From positions 10,950-74,949 of the forward strand of contig JANXAP010000003.1 in assembly GCA_025062275.1 (NCBI GenBank): a stretch of 64,000 nucleotides of DNA. Direction: 5' to 3'. The stretch is from Dehalococcoidia bacterium. Lineage in GTDB: Bacteria > Chloroflexota > Dehalococcoidia > SM23-28-2 > HRBIN24. The first letter of the stretch is position 1. Each line of letters begins with the position of its first letter. The notes under the pieces are model-generated. The model had not been told where the DNA came from and searched no databases. It saw only the letters and a program-made list of their open reading frames with translations. A program made the position numbers and the translations under genes. This document shows positions 31,046 through 42,951 of the stretch, piece after piece.

Positions 31046-31051
31046 TATAAT
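31046..31051 (+). promoter_or_regulatory. Consensus -10 hexamer TATAAT in AT-rich spacer upstream of infA (internal promoter candidate)
   Basis: Seen directly: gcgTATAATaaaaattt in an otherwise 68% GC region, about 45 nt before the infA ATG. Confidence 0.35.
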
Positions 31052-31094
31052 AAAAATTTGGTCGCCTGTTGAGGGGGGAACGGAAAGAGGCCTT

Positions 31095-31334
31095 ATGCCA
31101 AAAAAGGACACCATCGAGGTGGAGGGCATCGTCAGGGAGTCGTTGCCCAACGCCATGTTCAGAGTAGAGCTGCCCAACGGACACATGGTGCTGGCCCACG
31201 CCTCGGGCAAGATGCGCATGCACTTTATCCGCATCCTGCCCGGCGACCGGGTGCTGGTGGAGCTTTCTCCCTACGACCTGAGCCGTGGGCGCATCACCTA
31301 CCGCTTTCGCGAGAGCGGGGAGGCAGCGCGATGA
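31095..31334 (+). CDS. infA: Translation initiation factor IF-1
   Basis: S1-like OB fold [38 protein letters not shown]. Confidence 0.95.
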   Translation: MPKKDTIEVEGIVRESLPNAMFRVELPNGHMVLAHASGKMRMHFIRILPGDRVLVELSPYDLSRGRITYRFRESGEAAR

Positions 31335-31444
31335 AGGTGCGACCTTCGGTGACCCGTCGCTGCGACAAGTGCAAGGTGGTGCGGCGCCGGGGCGTGGTCT
31401 ATATCATCTGCCCCAACCCGCGCCACAAGCAGCGCCAGGGCTAG
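31331..31444 (+). CDS. rpmJ: 50S ribosomal protein L36
   Basis: [37 protein letters not shown], 37 aa. Too short for the ORF track. ATGA overlap with the infA stop. Confidence 0.92.
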   Translation: MKVRPSVTRRCDKCKVVRRRGVVYIICPNPRHKQRQG

Positions 31445-31454
31445 GAGGAAGGCC

Positions 31455-31838
31455 ATGGCGAGAATCGCCGGAGTAGACATACCCAATGACAAGCGGCTGG
31501 ATGTGGCCCTGACCTACATCTACGGCATCGGCCGCACCCGCGCCCTGGAGGTGTGCCAGAACACGGGTATCGATCCCGCCCGCAAGGTGAGGGACCTCTC
31601 GGACGAGGAGCTGAACCGGCTGCGGGAGTTCATCGACCGCAACTACAAGGTGGAGGGGGAGCTGCGGGCGGAGGTGCGGCAGAACATCCAGCGGCTCATC
31701 GAGATCAACTGCTACCGTGGCATACGTCATCGGCGGGGCCTGCCGGTGCGGGGGCAGCGCACCCGCACCAACGCCCGCACCCGCAAGGGCCCCCGCAAGA
31801 CGGTGGCTGGCAAGCGGCGGGCCAAGGTCAGGAAGTAA
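31455..31838 (+). CDS. rpsM: 30S ribosomal protein S13
   Basis: [26 protein letters not shown] matches S13. Confidence 0.95.
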   Translation: MARIAGVDIPNDKRLDVALTYIYGIGRTRALEVCQNTGIDPARKVRDLSDEELNRLREFIDRNYKVEGELRAEVRQNIQRLIEINCYRGIRHRRGLPVRGQRTRTNARTRKGPRKTVAGKRRAKVRK

Positions 31839-31852
31839 GGGGGTAAGAGGAG

Positions 31853-32248
31853 ATGCCACGGCCGAGACCCAGCAGCGGCGTCCGGCGGCGCGACCGCAAG
31901 AACATCCCTGTGGGGCGCGCCTACATTCAGTCCACCTTCAACAACACCATCGTCACCCTCACCGACCCCCAGGGGAACGTCATCTCCTGGGCCAGCGGCG
32001 GCACCGTGGGCTTCAAGGGGTCCCGCAAGGGCACGCCCTACGCCGCCAGCGTGGCTGCCGAGACGGCCGCCCGTCGCGCCGTGGAGCACGGCCTGCGCCA
32101 GGTGGAGGTGCTGGTGAAGGGGCCGGGCAGCGGTCGCGAGCCGGCCATACGCGCCCTGCAGGCAGCCGGGCTGCAGGTCACCAGCATCCGCGACGTCACC
32201 CCCATTCCCCACAACGGCTGTCGGCCGCCGAAGCGGCGCCGCGTCTAG
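31853..32248 (+). CDS. rpsK: 30S ribosomal protein S11
   Basis: S11 similarity ([20 protein letters not shown]). Confidence 0.95.
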   Translation: MPRPRPSSGVRRRDRKNIPVGRAYIQSTFNNTIVTLTDPQGNVISWASGGTVGFKGSRKGTPYAASVAAETAARRAVEHGLRQVEVLVKGPGSGREPAIRALQAAGLQVTSIRDVTPIPHNGCRPPKRRRV

Positions 32249-32283
32249 CTCGGGGTTACGCAGAGGGAGGAGGAAGTCAGGCC

Positions 32284-32913
32284 ATGGGACGTTACACCGG
32301 CCCTGTCTGCCGCCTGTGCCGGCGGGCGGGCGTGAAGCTCTACCTGAAGGGGAACAAGTGCTACACCAACTGCGTCCTGGAGAAGCGGCCCTACCCGCCC
32401 GGCCAGCACGGCCCCGAGCGACGTCAGTTCCGCCTGTCCGACCGTGGCATCCAGCTACGGGAGAAGCAGAAGGCGCGCTACATCTACGGGATGATGGAGC
32501 GCCAGTTCCGCCGCTTCTTCGAAGAGGCCCGGCGCCAGAAGGGCGTCACCGGCGAGAACCTGGTCAAGCTGCTGGAGCGGCGGCTGGACAACGTGGTCTA
32601 CCGGCTGGGCTTCGCCGAGTCGCGCAACCAGGCGCGGCAGCTGGTGCGACACGGCCACATCACCGTCAACGGTCGCAAGGCGGACATCCCGTCCATGCTG
32701 CTGCGGCCGGGCGACACGGTGGGCTGGACGCCGCAGGGGCAGCGCACCGCCCTGTTCGAGATGGCCAAGGCCCAGGTGGGCTCCAGGCAGGTGCCCTCAT
32801 GGCTCTCTCTGGACACTGAGGCCATGACGGGGCGGGTGCTCTCGGAGCCCAACCTGGAGGAGGTGCCCGTGTTCTTCAACACGGCCTCCATCGTGGAATA
32901 CTACTCGCGCTGA
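32284..32913 (+). CDS. rpsD: 30S ribosomal protein S4
   Basis: MGRYTGPVCRLCRRAG plus S4 domain. In the track it is hidden in the longer ORF 31717..32913. Confidence 0.93.
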   Translation: MGRYTGPVCRLCRRAGVKLYLKGNKCYTNCVLEKRPYPPGQHGPERRQFRLSDRGIQLREKQKARYIYGMMERQFRRFFEEARRQKGVTGENLVKLLERRLDNVVYRLGFAESRNQARQLVRHGHITVNGRKADIPSMLLRPGDTVGWTPQGQRTALFEMAKAQVGSRQVPSWLSLDTEAMTGRVLSEPNLEEVPVFFNTASIVEYYSR

Positions 32914-32933
32914 TCGAAGTCCGTCAGTCGTTC

Positions 32934-34217
32934 TTGAGGTTTGGAGGTGGGTCTGCCTTGACCCTGCAAGAGGTGCTCGAACTGCCCCGCATCGAGATCG
33001 AGGAGGACCAGGGCGATTACGCCCGGGTAGTGGTGGCGCCCCTGCTGCCCGGCTTCGGCATCACCCTGGGCAACTCCCTGCGCCGGGTGCTCCTGAGCTC
33101 CCTGCCCGGGGCAGCCATCACCCAGGTGCTCATCGAGGGGGTGCTGCACGAGTTCTCCACCATACCCCACGTCAAGGAGGACACCATCGAGTTCCTCCTG
33201 AACGTGAAGGCCATCCGGCTGCGGGCCCTGTCCGACCGTCCGGCCACCCTGGTGCTGGACATCCAGGGGCGGGAAGGGGAGATAACCGCCGCCGACATCC
33301 AGGTCCCCGAGCACATCGAGGTGGTAAACCCCGAGCAGCACCTGCTCACCGTGGACTCTCCCGAGGCCCGTCTGCACATCGAGTTCACGGTGGAGACGGG
33401 CCGCGGCTACCGTCCCGCCAGCCAGACCGATGGCCTGCCCATAGGCACCATCGCTGTGGACGCCATCTTCACCCCTGTGCGCCGCGTCAGCTACCGGGTG
33501 GAGCCCACCCGCGTGGGGCAGGCCAGCAACTATGACCGCCTGATACTGGAGGTGTGGACCGACGGCACCGTGGGTGCGGTGGAGGCCGTCAGCCGCGGCG
33601 CCGACATGCTCCTGCAACACCTGCGGCTGTTCACCAGCATGGGCCGCGCTGCCGCCCCGGTCCTCAGCCGCGGCATCGGTGCTGGCCTCCTGATCTCCGA
33701 GGACCAGTACAATATGCCCATCGACGACCTGGACCTCTCCATGCGGACCTACAACTGCCTGCGCCGCAGCGGCATCACCACCGTGGGACAGGTCCTGGAG
33801 CGCACCGAGGAGGAGCTGCTGTCCCTGCGCAACTTCGGCCGCAAGTCCTACGAAGAGCTGAGACAGCGCCTGGCCGAGCTGGGCATCCTTCCTCTGACGG
33901 CCGAGACCCTGACGGGCGCCACCGAAGAGGAAGAAGAGGAGGAGCTGGCTGAGGAGGGGGAGCTGGCCGAAGAGGCGCAGCCCGAGGCGGCCGCCCCGGC
34001 CGAGGCTGTCCAGGAACCGGTCGCGGAGGCCCCGCCCGAGGCGGAGATGAAGGCGCCGACCCCCAAGGAGGAGAAGAAGCGGGAGCGGCGCAAGGAGAAG
34101 GCCCCAGCCGAGACCATCGCCGGCGGCGACGGCCAGGAGGCGCCCGAGGCCGAGGAGATCGATCCCCGCTGGGCCAAGCTGCGGGAGCTCAAGCAACAGG
34201 CAGAGGAAGAGGAGTGA
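32934..34217 (+). CDS. rpoA: DNA-directed RNA polymerase subunit alpha, with about 95-aa low-complexity acidic/Lys-rich C-terminal extension
   Basis: Alpha NTD and CTD (MRTYNCLRRSGITTVGQVLERTEEELLSLRNFGRKS) followed by an EEEEEE...KKRERRKEK tail. Start uncertain (ATG 32934 or TTG about 32958). Confidence 0.93.
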   Translation: MRFGGGSALTLQEVLELPRIEIEEDQGDYARVVVAPLLPGFGITLGNSLRRVLLSSLPGAAITQVLIEGVLHEFSTIPHVKEDTIEFLLNVKAIRLRALSDRPATLVLDIQGREGEITAADIQVPEHIEVVNPEQHLLTVDSPEARLHIEFTVETGRGYRPASQTDGLPIGTIAVDAIFTPVRRVSYRVEPTRVGQASNYDRLILEVWTDGTVGAVEAVSRGADMLLQHLRLFTSMGRAAAPVLSRGIGAGLLISEDQYNMPIDDLDLSMRTYNCLRRSGITTVGQVLERTEEELLSLRNFGRKSYEELRQRLAELGILPLTAETLTGATEEEEEEELAEEGELAEEAQPEAAAPAEAVQEPVAEAPPEAEMKAPTPKEEKKRERRKEKAPAETIAGGDGQEAPEAEEIDPRWAKLRELKQQAEEEE

Positions 34218-34220
34218 GCC

Positions 34221-34571
34221 ATGGCCCACCAGGTGGACGGACGCAAGCTCGGTCGGCCCACCGACCACCGCCTGGCCCTCTTCCGCAACCAGGTCACCGA
34301 CCTGCTGCGCTACGAGCGCATCGTCACCACCGAGGCCAAGGCCAAGGAGGTGCGGGGCCTGGCCGAGAAGATGATAACCCTGGCCAAGAAGGGCGACCTG
34401 GCCTCGCGCCGTCGCGCCCTGGCCTTCATTTACGACAAAAAGGTGGTGCGCAAGCTCTTTGACGAGCTGGGCCCTCGCTACGCCGACCGCCCAGGCGGCT
34501 ACACCCGCATCACCAAGCTGGGACGTCGGCAAGGCGACGGGGCGCACCTGGTGCAGCTGGAGCTGGTCTAG
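34221..34571 (+). CDS. rplQ: 50S ribosomal protein L17
   Basis: [24 protein letters not shown] matches L17. Confidence 0.95.
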   Translation: MAHQVDGRKLGRPTDHRLALFRNQVTDLLRYERIVTTEAKAKEVRGLAEKMITLAKKGDLASRRRALAFIYDKKVVRKLFDELGPRYADRPGGYTRITKLGRRQGDGAHLVQLELV

Positions 34572-34589
34572 CCCGACCGAGGGCGGGAC

Positions 34590-35393
34590 GTGGGTGGGGA
34601 GGGCACCCGTCGACGCATCGCCCTCCTGCTGGAATACGAGGGGACGGCCTACGCTGGCTCTCAGCTGCAGGCCAATGCCCCCACCGTTCAGGGGACGGTG
34701 GAGGCCGCCTTACGCAGCTTAACAGGCGAACGCGTCCGTCTGGCCCTGGCCGGCCGCACCGACGCCGGCGTCCACGCCAAGGGGCAGGTGGCCTCTTTCC
34801 TCACCGCCAGGGACTACCCCCTGGAGGCATTCGTGGATGGCCTCAACGCCCACCTGCCCGAGGACATCGCCGTGGTGGCGGCCGCCCAGGTGCCCCTGGG
34901 CTTCGATGTGCGCCGCCACGCCCGCCGCCGCTGGTACCGCTACACGTTGCTGCTGCGGCCGGCCAGGTCGGCCCTGCTGCGAAGCTTCGCCTGGCACCTG
35001 CGAGGGCCCCTGGACGTGGCGGCCATGGCCCGGGCGGCGGGACTGCTGGAAGGGGAGCACGACTTCGCCTCCTTTACCCGGCCGGACCAGGCGGGCAGGC
35101 GCACCGTGCGCACCGTCTATCGCTGCAGCCTGCAGCGCCGCGGTCCCCTGCTGCTGCTGGACATGGAGGCCAACGCCTTCCTGCCCCAGCAGGTGCGGCG
35201 CACCGTCGGCGCCCTGGTAGAGCTGGGCAGAGGGAGGCTGTCGCCGGCCGAGCTGGTGGATATGCTCGCGCGGCCCAGGCCCGGTGCGGCCCGCTGGGCC
35301 GCACCCCCTCACGGACTGTGCCTGATGCGGGTATACTATGACCAGGAGATATTCGACCATGCCTTTGAAGAGGCCCAAGACCTACCAACCTAA
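34590..35393 (+). CDS. truA: tRNA pseudouridine(38-40) synthase
   Basis: TruA catalytic motif GRTDAGVHA. Confidence 0.9.
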   Translation: MGGEGTRRRIALLLEYEGTAYAGSQLQANAPTVQGTVEAALRSLTGERVRLALAGRTDAGVHAKGQVASFLTARDYPLEAFVDGLNAHLPEDIAVVAAAQVPLGFDVRRHARRRWYRYTLLLRPARSALLRSFAWHLRGPLDVAAMARAAGLLEGEHDFASFTRPDQAGRRTVRTVYRCSLQRRGPLLLLDMEANAFLPQQVRRTVGALVELGRGRLSPAELVDMLARPRPGAARWAAPPHGLCLMRVYYDQEIFDHAFEEAQDLPT

Positions 35394-35838
35394 GGAACGG
35401 GAGCTGGTGGCCGACTGGCATGTGCTGGACGCCGACGGCCAGATATTGGGGCGTCTGGCCAGTCAGGCCGCCCGCCTGCTCATGGGCAAGCACAAGCCCA
35501 CCTACACCCCCCACCTGCCCGTGGGGGACTACGTGGTCATTGTCAACGCCGCCAAGGTGCGGGTGACGGGCAAGAAGCTGACCGACAAGGTCTACTACCG
35601 GCACACGGGCTACATGGGTGGCATCCGCGCCGTCACCCTGCGGGACATGCTGGCCAAGCACCCCGAGCGGGTCATCCAGCTGGCGGTGAGGCGCATGTTG
35701 CCCAAGAACCGCCTGGGCCGCTACCTTCTGGGGCGGCTGAAGGTCTACGCCGGCCCCGACCACCCCCACGAGGCCCAGGTAGCGGCCAGCCGAAAGTGCC
35801 GGGCCGCCTCGGCCAGCGAACTGCCGACGAAGGAGTGA
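35359..35838 (+). CDS. rplM: 50S ribosomal protein L13
   Basis: WHVLDADGQILGRLASQAARLL matches L13. Internal ATG of track ORF 35338..35838 chosen; overlaps the truA end. Confidence 0.9.
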   Translation: MPLKRPKTYQPKERELVADWHVLDADGQILGRLASQAARLLMGKHKPTYTPHLPVGDYVVIVNAAKVRVTGKKLTDKVYYRHTGYMGGIRAVTLRDMLAKHPERVIQLAVRRMLPKNRLGRYLLGRLKVYAGPDHPHEAQVAASRKCRAASASELPTKE

Positions 35839-35844
35839 CGGACC

Positions 35845-36291
35845 ATGGCCCAGGAGACGCTGACCATCCCCAGCCCCTACGACGAGCTGTTCCAGGGCAC
35901 CTATTACGAGGGGGTGGGCCGCCGCAAGACCACAGTGGCCCGCGTCCGCCTATTCCCGGCCCAGGGCGAGGGCGGCCACATCATTGTCAACGGCCGGCCC
36001 TACACTCAGGTGTTCCCCCGCCTGCTGCACCAGGTGATGGTGCGCAAGCCCCTGGAGGTGACGGGCACGCTGCAGCAGTTCAACGTCAGCGTCAAGTGTC
36101 GTGGTGGGGGCATCAGCGGCTGGGCCGGGGCTGTCTCCCACGGCATCGCCCGCGCCCTCATCGAGTGGAACCCTGAACTGAAGCCGGTGTTGCGGCGAGC
36201 GGGGCTGGTCACTCGAGACCCCCGCGTCAAGGAGCGGCAGAAGTACGGGCTCAAGCGGGCCCGCAAGGCGCCCCAGTACAGCAAGCGGTGA
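35845..36291 (+). CDS. rpsI: 30S ribosomal protein S9
   Basis: S9 similarity, ends ...KRARKAPQYSKR. Confidence 0.95.
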   Translation: MAQETLTIPSPYDELFQGTYYEGVGRRKTTVARVRLFPAQGEGGHIIVNGRPYTQVFPRLLHQVMVRKPLEVTGTLQQFNVSVKCRGGGISGWAGAVSHGIARALIEWNPELKPVLRRAGLVTRDPRVKERQKYGLKRARKAPQYSKR

Positions 36292-36295
36292 CGCC

Positions 36296-37348
36296 CTAGC
36301 GCTGCGCCAGCCAGGCCTTGAGGCGCTCGATCTCCGGCACAGGCGTCGGGTCTACCCCGTTCAACAGCGCCAGATAGAAGCTGGTGTAGTCGGCGAAGAG
36401 GGTGGCGGCCAGCAACTGGGCCAGGGGGCCGGTGCCGGGCACGTCCACCGTCCGGCACTCGACCCCCGCCTCCTCCAGCGCCCGCTGGGTGAACTCGTAA
36501 CGCAGCAGCACTCGCGGGTGCAGCCCCGACGAGCGCAGGAACACCGCACAGGTGCGGCGGGCCACCTCCTCAGGCCGGGCGAAAGCGACAACGGCGTTGT
36601 GGTCGGCCTCGGGCAGCTCCTCGTAAAAGGCCCAGGCCTTGGCGTTCTCGTTCACCTGGGTCTTGAAGCGGTGGGCGGCCTCGGCCAGGGGTCCCGCCCC
36701 GAAGACCACGACCAGCCGTCCGTGCAGGCGCAGGGCCAGGGCCTTGGCGGGATTGCTGGGCGTGGGCACCCCGGCATCGAGCCGCTGGCGCTCGGCCTCC
36801 ATGACCGATAGGGCCTCCTCTACCAGGGCCGCAGGATCGTCCAGGGCGCCCGCCAGGTGGGCCACCCGCAGCAAAGGCATCAGGCTGTAGCCCAGGGCGG
36901 CCCGCGGCTGGGCGCGATAGCCGATGGTGAACAGGGGCAGCCCCCGCTCCTTCGCCAGCTCCCCCAGCCGACCGCCGCCGGTGATGGCCACCACCCTGGC
37001 CCCCCGCTCCAGCGCCTGCTGGCAGGCGGAGAGAGTCTCCTCGGTGTTACCCGAATAGCTGGAGGCCACCGCCAGCGTGTCGGCGTCCACCCACGGCGGA
37101 AGGTCGTAGGCGCGCACGATGCCCACCGGCAGCCTCGTGCCCAGGGCGCGCAGGTAGTCGCCGGCGATAGCCGAGCCGCCCATGCCCAGCACGGCTATCT
37201 TGCCGACGCGGCGGTAGCTCTCGGGCAGTTGGAGCGAGCGGGCCTCCTGCCATGCCTGGCGGCACTGGCGGGGCAGGTCGCGAATGGACTCCAGCATCCC
37301 GCCCGGATCGAGGGAGGCGATGCGGGCGGGGTCGTCCAGCACGTCCAA
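36296..37348 (-). CDS. Bifunctional phosphoglucose/phosphomannose isomerase (SIS domain)
   Basis: SIS motifs VLGMGGSAIAGDY and VASSYSGNTEET. 350 aa. Confidence 0.8.
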   Translation of the reverse strand: MDVLDDPARIASLDPGGMLESIRDLPRQCRQAWQEARSLQLPESYRRVGKIAVLGMGGSAIAGDYLRALGTRLPVGIVRAYDLPPWVDADTLAVASSYSGNTEETLSACQQALERGARVVAITGGGRLGELAKERGLPLFTIGYRAQPRAALGYSLMPLLRVAHLAGALDDPAALVEEALSVMEAERQRLDAGVPTPSNPAKALALRLHGRLVVVFGAGPLAEAAHRFKTQVNENAKAWAFYEELPEADHNAVVAFARPEEVARRTCAVFLRSSGLHPRVLLRYEFTQRALEEAGVECRTVDVPGTGPLAQLLAATLFADYTSFYLALLNGVDPTPVPEIERLKAWLAQR

Positions 37349-37350
37349 GG

Positions 37351-38772
37351 CTATACTCCCAGCAGCCGGCGGGCGTCGTCCAGGACGCGGTAGACCGAAC
37401 GCTCGTCCCCCTGAGCCTCGCTGTAGATGCGCAGCAGCGGCTCCGTGCCCGAGAAGCGGAACACCACCCAGCCCCCCTCCAGGAGGAAGCGCAACCCGTC
37501 CAGGTCGTCCTGGCCTACGACCCTCAGCCCGCCTATGCGGTCCGGCGAGAGGTCCCGCAGGCGGGCCTGCAGCCGCTCCCGCTGCCCCTCCTGCAGGTGC
37601 ACGTCCACCCGGTCGTAGTAGTGGGGGCCTACCAGGTCGAACAGCTCCCGCAGCAGCTCCGAGGGGGTCTTGCCCCGCCGCACCATCAGGTCCAGGAAGC
37701 AGAGGGCAGCCAGGATGCCGTCCCGCTCGGGCAGGTGGCCGCGAAAGGCGTAGCCTCCCGACTCCTCACCGGCCATGAGGGCATCGGTCTCGCGCATCTT
37801 GGGGCCCAGGAACTTGAAGCCCACCGGCGTCTCGTAGACGGGCAGCCCCAGAGGCTCGGCCAGGGCGAAGGCCATCCGGGTGGCGGTCAGGGACTTGACG
37901 ATGGGCCCGCGCTCGCCGCGGACATGCAGCATGTAATAGGCCAGCAGGGCGAAGGTGCGCTGGTTGTCCAGGAACATCCCCCTTTCGTCCACCACACCCA
38001 GGCGGTCGCCGTCGCCGTCGTTGGCCAGGCCCACCTGGGCACGGTGGCGGCGCACCGCCTCCATGAGGGCCTTCAGGTTGCGAGCGATGGGCTCCGGCGC
38101 GTCCATGCCGGGGAAGATGGGGTTGCGGCGGCCCCGTATCTCCCACACCTTGGTGCTGTCGCCCTGAAGGAGTCGGCGCAGGTAGCCGGCGGCGGCGCCG
38201 TGCATGGGATCGGCCACAACCTGCAGGCCAGCCCTGCGCAGCGCATCCAGGTCCAATATCTCCTCCAGGTGACGAAGGTAGGCGGGGTCGGGGTCGTAGT
38301 CCTCCACCAGGCCCCGGCGTCTGGCCTCCATCAGGGGCAAGCGGGGTATGGCCCCCCACTCGTCTTCGGGGGGGATGTGGGCCTCGATGGCGGCGGTGTA
38401 TTCAGGCGGGGGAGCGCCGCCGTAGTCGGGCCGCACCTTGAACCCCAGCCAGCGCCAGGGGTTGTGGCTGGCGGTGATGACTACGGCACCGTCGGCGCCC
38501 AGCTGGAGGATGCCGTGGGCCACCACCGGCGTGGGCGTGGGCCGGGGCGTGAGGAAGACGCGGACGCCGTGGGCGGCCAGCACCTCGGCGACAGCGGCGG
38601 CGAAGTCCTCAGCGGCGAAGCGGCGGTCGTATCCCACCAGCACGCCCCGCCGCACGCCCCGTTCCGCAAGATAGCGGGCGTAGCCCTCGGCACAGGCGCG
38701 GACGGCATCGAAGGTGTATTCGTCGGCGATGACGGCCCGCCAGCCGTCGGTCCCGAAACGAATGGGGCTCAT
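37351..38772 (-). CDS. Phosphomannomutase/phosphoglucomutase
   Basis: Active-site SHNP (ITASHNPW), FGTDGWR N-terminus and Mg loop DGDGDR. Confidence 0.88.
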   Translation of the reverse strand: MSPIRFGTDGWRAVIADEYTFDAVRACAEGYARYLAERGVRRGVLVGYDRRFAAEDFAAAVAEVLAAHGVRVFLTPRPTPTPVVAHGILQLGADGAVVITASHNPWRWLGFKVRPDYGGAPPPEYTAAIEAHIPPEDEWGAIPRLPLMEARRRGLVEDYDPDPAYLRHLEEILDLDALRRAGLQVVADPMHGAAAGYLRRLLQGDSTKVWEIRGRRNPIFPGMDAPEPIARNLKALMEAVRRHRAQVGLANDGDGDRLGVVDERGMFLDNQRTFALLAYYMLHVRGERGPIVKSLTATRMAFALAEPLGLPVYETPVGFKFLGPKMRETDALMAGEESGGYAFRGHLPERDGILAALCFLDLMVRRGKTPSELLRELFDLVGPHYYDRVDVHLQEGQRERLQARLRDLSPDRIGGLRVVGQDDLDGLRFLLEGGWVVFRFSGTEPLLRIYSEAQGDERSVYRVLDDARRLLGV

Positions 38773-39467
38773 GTCAGGGCCAGCGCCTTTACCTCAGCCT
38801 CCGCCTCCCGCAGGTCCTTGACCGTGTCCACCGCCCGCCAGTAGGCGCGGCTGCGGTAGCCGAACAGCTTCCCCTCGGCGGCCAGCGCCGGAAAAGTGGT
38901 GGTCTCGTGGTCGCCCTTCTCGGGCAGGCGGGCGAAGAACTCCGGCGAGAGGACGTAGATGCCGGCGTTGATCCAGTAAGGGAGGGGAGGCTTCTCCAGG
39001 AACTGGGAGATGTGGCCGTCCCTGCCCACACGGACGACGCCGTAGGGGCTCATGAGGGGTACCAGCATGACGGTGGCCGTCGCCCCCTTGCGCCGATGAT
39101 AGGCCAGCAGGGGGGCCAGGCGCTGGTTGGTGATGATGTCGCCGTTGAGGCCGATGACCACCTCCTGGTCGGGTGGCACCTGCTGGTAGCCGAGGCGCAG
39201 GGCGCCGCCGCGACCCAGAGGCTCCGGCTCCACTGTGTAGGTGATGTGCACGCCGAAGCGGGAGCCGTCGCCGAAGTGCTCCTGCACCACCTCCGCCTTG
39301 TAGTGGCAGAGCATGACGATGTGAGTGACGCCCTGGGACCTGAGCCAGAGGACCTGGTACTCCAGGATGGGGCGTCCGTTGACGGGCACCATGGGCTTGG
39401 GGCGGTCCCAGGTGTAGGGCCGCAGCCGCTCCCCCTCGCCACCGGCGATGATGAGGGCATACAGCAA
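38769..39467 (-). CDS. Sugar-1-phosphate nucleotidyltransferase (mannose-1-P guanylyltransferase-like)
   Basis: N-terminal IIAGGEGERLRP nucleotidyltransferase motif. Operon with PMM and PGI/PMI suggests GDP-mannose synthesis. Confidence 0.8.
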   Translation of the reverse strand: MLYALIIAGGEGERLRPYTWDRPKPMVPVNGRPILEYQVLWLRSQGVTHIVMLCHYKAEVVQEHFGDGSRFGVHITYTVEPEPLGRGGALRLGYQQVPPDQEVVIGLNGDIITNQRLAPLLAYHRRKGATATVMLVPLMSPYGVVRVGRDGHISQFLEKPPLPYWINAGIYVLSPEFFARLPEKGDHETTTFPALAAEGKLFGYRSRAYWRAVDTVKDLREAEAEVKALALT

Positions 39468-39509
39468 CTACCCTCACCTCCCCCCTTCAGGCCACGCTAC
39501 CGGTCCGGG

Positions 39510-40700
39510 TCAGGCCCGCTGGGCAAGGCCCGCCGCCCGCCGCAGCTCCTCGGCCATGTCGGTGCGCTCCCAGGGCAGGTCCAGGTCGGTGCGGCCGAAG
39601 TGCCCGTAGGCAGCGATGGGACGGTAGATGGGACGCCGCAAGTCCAGCCGGCGGATGATGCCCCGTGGGCTCAGATCGAAGTGCTGCCTGACCAGCTCCA
39701 CCAGCCCGCCGTGGTCGAACTTGTGGGTGCCGAAGGTCTCCACCGAGATGGCGATGGGCTGAGGATGGCCGATGGCGTAGCACAGCTCCACCTCCACCCG
39801 GTCGGCCAGGCCCGCCGCCACCAGGTTCTTGGCCACCCAGCGGGCGGCGTAGGTGGCGGAGCGGTCCACCTTGGAGGGGTCCTTGCCCGAGAAGGACCCT
39901 CCCCCGTGGCGGGCGGCGGAGCCGTAGGTGTCCACCATCGTCTTCCGCCCCGAGAGGCCCGAGTCGGCAGCCGGGCCACCCAGCACGAAGCTGCCGCTGC
40001 GGTTGACGTGAATGTCCGTCTGGCTGTCCATCCAGTTGCCCAGCACGGGGCGGACGACGTGTTCTATGACGTCGGCGCGGATGCGTTCCTGCGTGATGGG
40101 GCCGCGGTCGTCGCGGTCATCGTGCTGGGCAGCGATGACCACCGCCGCTGCCCGCTTGGGCTCGCCGTAGGAGTACTCGATGGTGACCTGGGACTTACCG
40201 TCGGGCCGGAGGTAAGGGATGATGCCCCGCTTGCGGCACTCGGCCAGGCGCATGCACAGGCGGTGGGCCAGGACGATGGGCAGGGGCATCAGCACCTCCG
40301 TCTCGCGGCAGGCGAAGCCCACCATGATGCCCTGGTCACCGGCGCCCTCGTCCTCGCCCACGGCCTGGAAGATCTCCGGCGACTGGCGCTTGATGGCCAC
40401 GATGATGCCGCAGGAGTCGGCGTCGAAGCGGTACTCCGGGCTGGTGTATCCGATCTCGCGGATGACACGGCGGGCCACATCGTCGTAGTTGACGTAGTGC
40501 TTGGTGGTGATCTCGCCCAGGATGACGATGAGGCCGGTGGTGGCCGTCACCTCGCAGGCCACGTGGGCATCGGGGTCGTGGGCCAGGATCTCGTCCAGGA
40601 TGGCGTCGGCGATCTGATCGCAGACCTTATCGGGGTGCCCCTCCGTCACCGACTCGGCGGTCATCAGCACCGAGGGGGCGCTCATGAGGGTCAGTGCCAT
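39510..40700 (-). CDS. metK: S-adenosylmethionine synthetase
   Basis: MetK signatures [10 protein letters not shown] and GGGAFSGKD-like [16 protein letters not shown]. Confidence 0.95.
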   Translation of the reverse strand: MALTLMSAPSVLMTAESVTEGHPDKVCDQIADAILDEILAHDPDAHVACEVTATTGLIVILGEITTKHYVNYDDVARRVIREIGYTSPEYRFDADSCGIIVAIKRQSPEIFQAVGEDEGAGDQGIMVGFACRETEVLMPLPIVLAHRLCMRLAECRKRGIIPYLRPDGKSQVTIEYSYGEPKRAAAVVIAAQHDDRDDRGPITQERIRADVIEHVVRPVLGNWMDSQTDIHVNRSGSFVLGGPAADSGLSGRKTMVDTYGSAARHGGGSFSGKDPSKVDRSATYAARWVAKNLVAAGLADRVEVELCYAIGHPQPIAISVETFGTHKFDHGGLVELVRQHFDLSPRGIIRRLDLRRPIYRPIAAYGHFGRTDLDLPWERTDMAEELRRAAGLAQRA

Positions 40701-40734
40701 GGCCCTACCTCCTGTATTTGGGGGTCTGCTCCCG

Positions 40735-42042
<1,308 letters not shown>

Positions 42043-42951
42043 TCATAATACGACCACCTCGGCCCCCAGGCTACGCCCCCGCCAGCGGGCGGCTGCCCGC
42101 CTCAGCAGGGAGAGAAGGCCGAGGGGTTCCCGCCGCAGGGCGGGCGTTTCATACAAGGTGCACTCTACCCTATATCCCAGCTTACGGTAAACCTGCACCG
42201 CCGCCGCGTTCTCCGTTTCCACCGTCAGATACACGTTAGAACAGGAACGCAGGAGTTCCTGGGTGACGGCCCCCGTCACCAGCGTGGCCAGTCCCCTCCC
42301 CCGCCAGTCGGGGTGAGTGTAGACGTTGCCCACCACCGCCACCCCCTCCTCCGGCGCGAAGACATGGGTGCCGGCAATGGCCACCAGGCGACCGGCAGCG
42401 ACGACCCCGTAATAGACGCCCTCTTCCAGGACCCGGGCCGGGTAGCTCGTGAAGCCCCCCTCAGCGCCGTAGAGGCGGTTGACGGCCCCTATCTCCCGAG
42501 GGCGCAGGCGCACCACCTGGTAGGTAGGACCCGCCGGGGGCGGCGGCCGGAAGCCATCGGCGGTGACCCCCATGCGGTACATCAGGCGCTCTCGAGAGAG
42601 GAGAAAATGGCGGCGCAGAGCGTCCAGGTGCTCGGGACGGCAGGTGGCAAAGGAGTAGCGGGGGCCAGGGTGCAGCCGCAGCCCCGCCTCCACCGCCTCC
42701 GCTTCCCCCAGGGTGAGGAGGGATGGGCCGGCGCCGCTGCGGGCGTAGAAGACGATCCCCCAGCCCCCGTCCTCGCCCTGGCAGAGGAAGAAGCGGCTGA
42801 GGGGGAAGAGACGCGGCGCCAGGTGGGCGATGGCGAAGGCGGCGTAGGGTCGCTGGGGCTCCAGGTAGGGACGCAAGGCAGAGGGGGTCGTGAGAGGTCG
42901 CACCAGGTAGGTGCGACGTGCCCTGCCCACGGGCAGCGCCGTCTCAGCCAC
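42043..42951 (-). CDS. GNAT-family acetyltransferase-domain protein
   Basis: C-terminal GNAT core HPDWRGRGLATLV...VYRKLGY. Confidence 0.6.
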   Translation of the reverse strand: MAETALPVGRARRTYLVRPLTTPSALRPYLEPQRPYAAFAIAHLAPRLFPLSRFFLCQGEDGGWGIVFYARSGAGPSLLTLGEAEAVEAGLRLHPGPRYSFATCRPEHLDALRRHFLLSRERLMYRMGVTADGFRPPPPAGPTYQVVRLRPREIGAVNRLYGAEGGFTSYPARVLEEGVYYGVVAAGRLVAIAGTHVFAPEEGVAVVGNVYTHPDWRGRGLATLVTGAVTQELLRSCSNVYLTVETENAAAVQVYRKLGYRVECTLYETPALRREPLGLLSLLRRAAARWRGRSLGAEVVVL

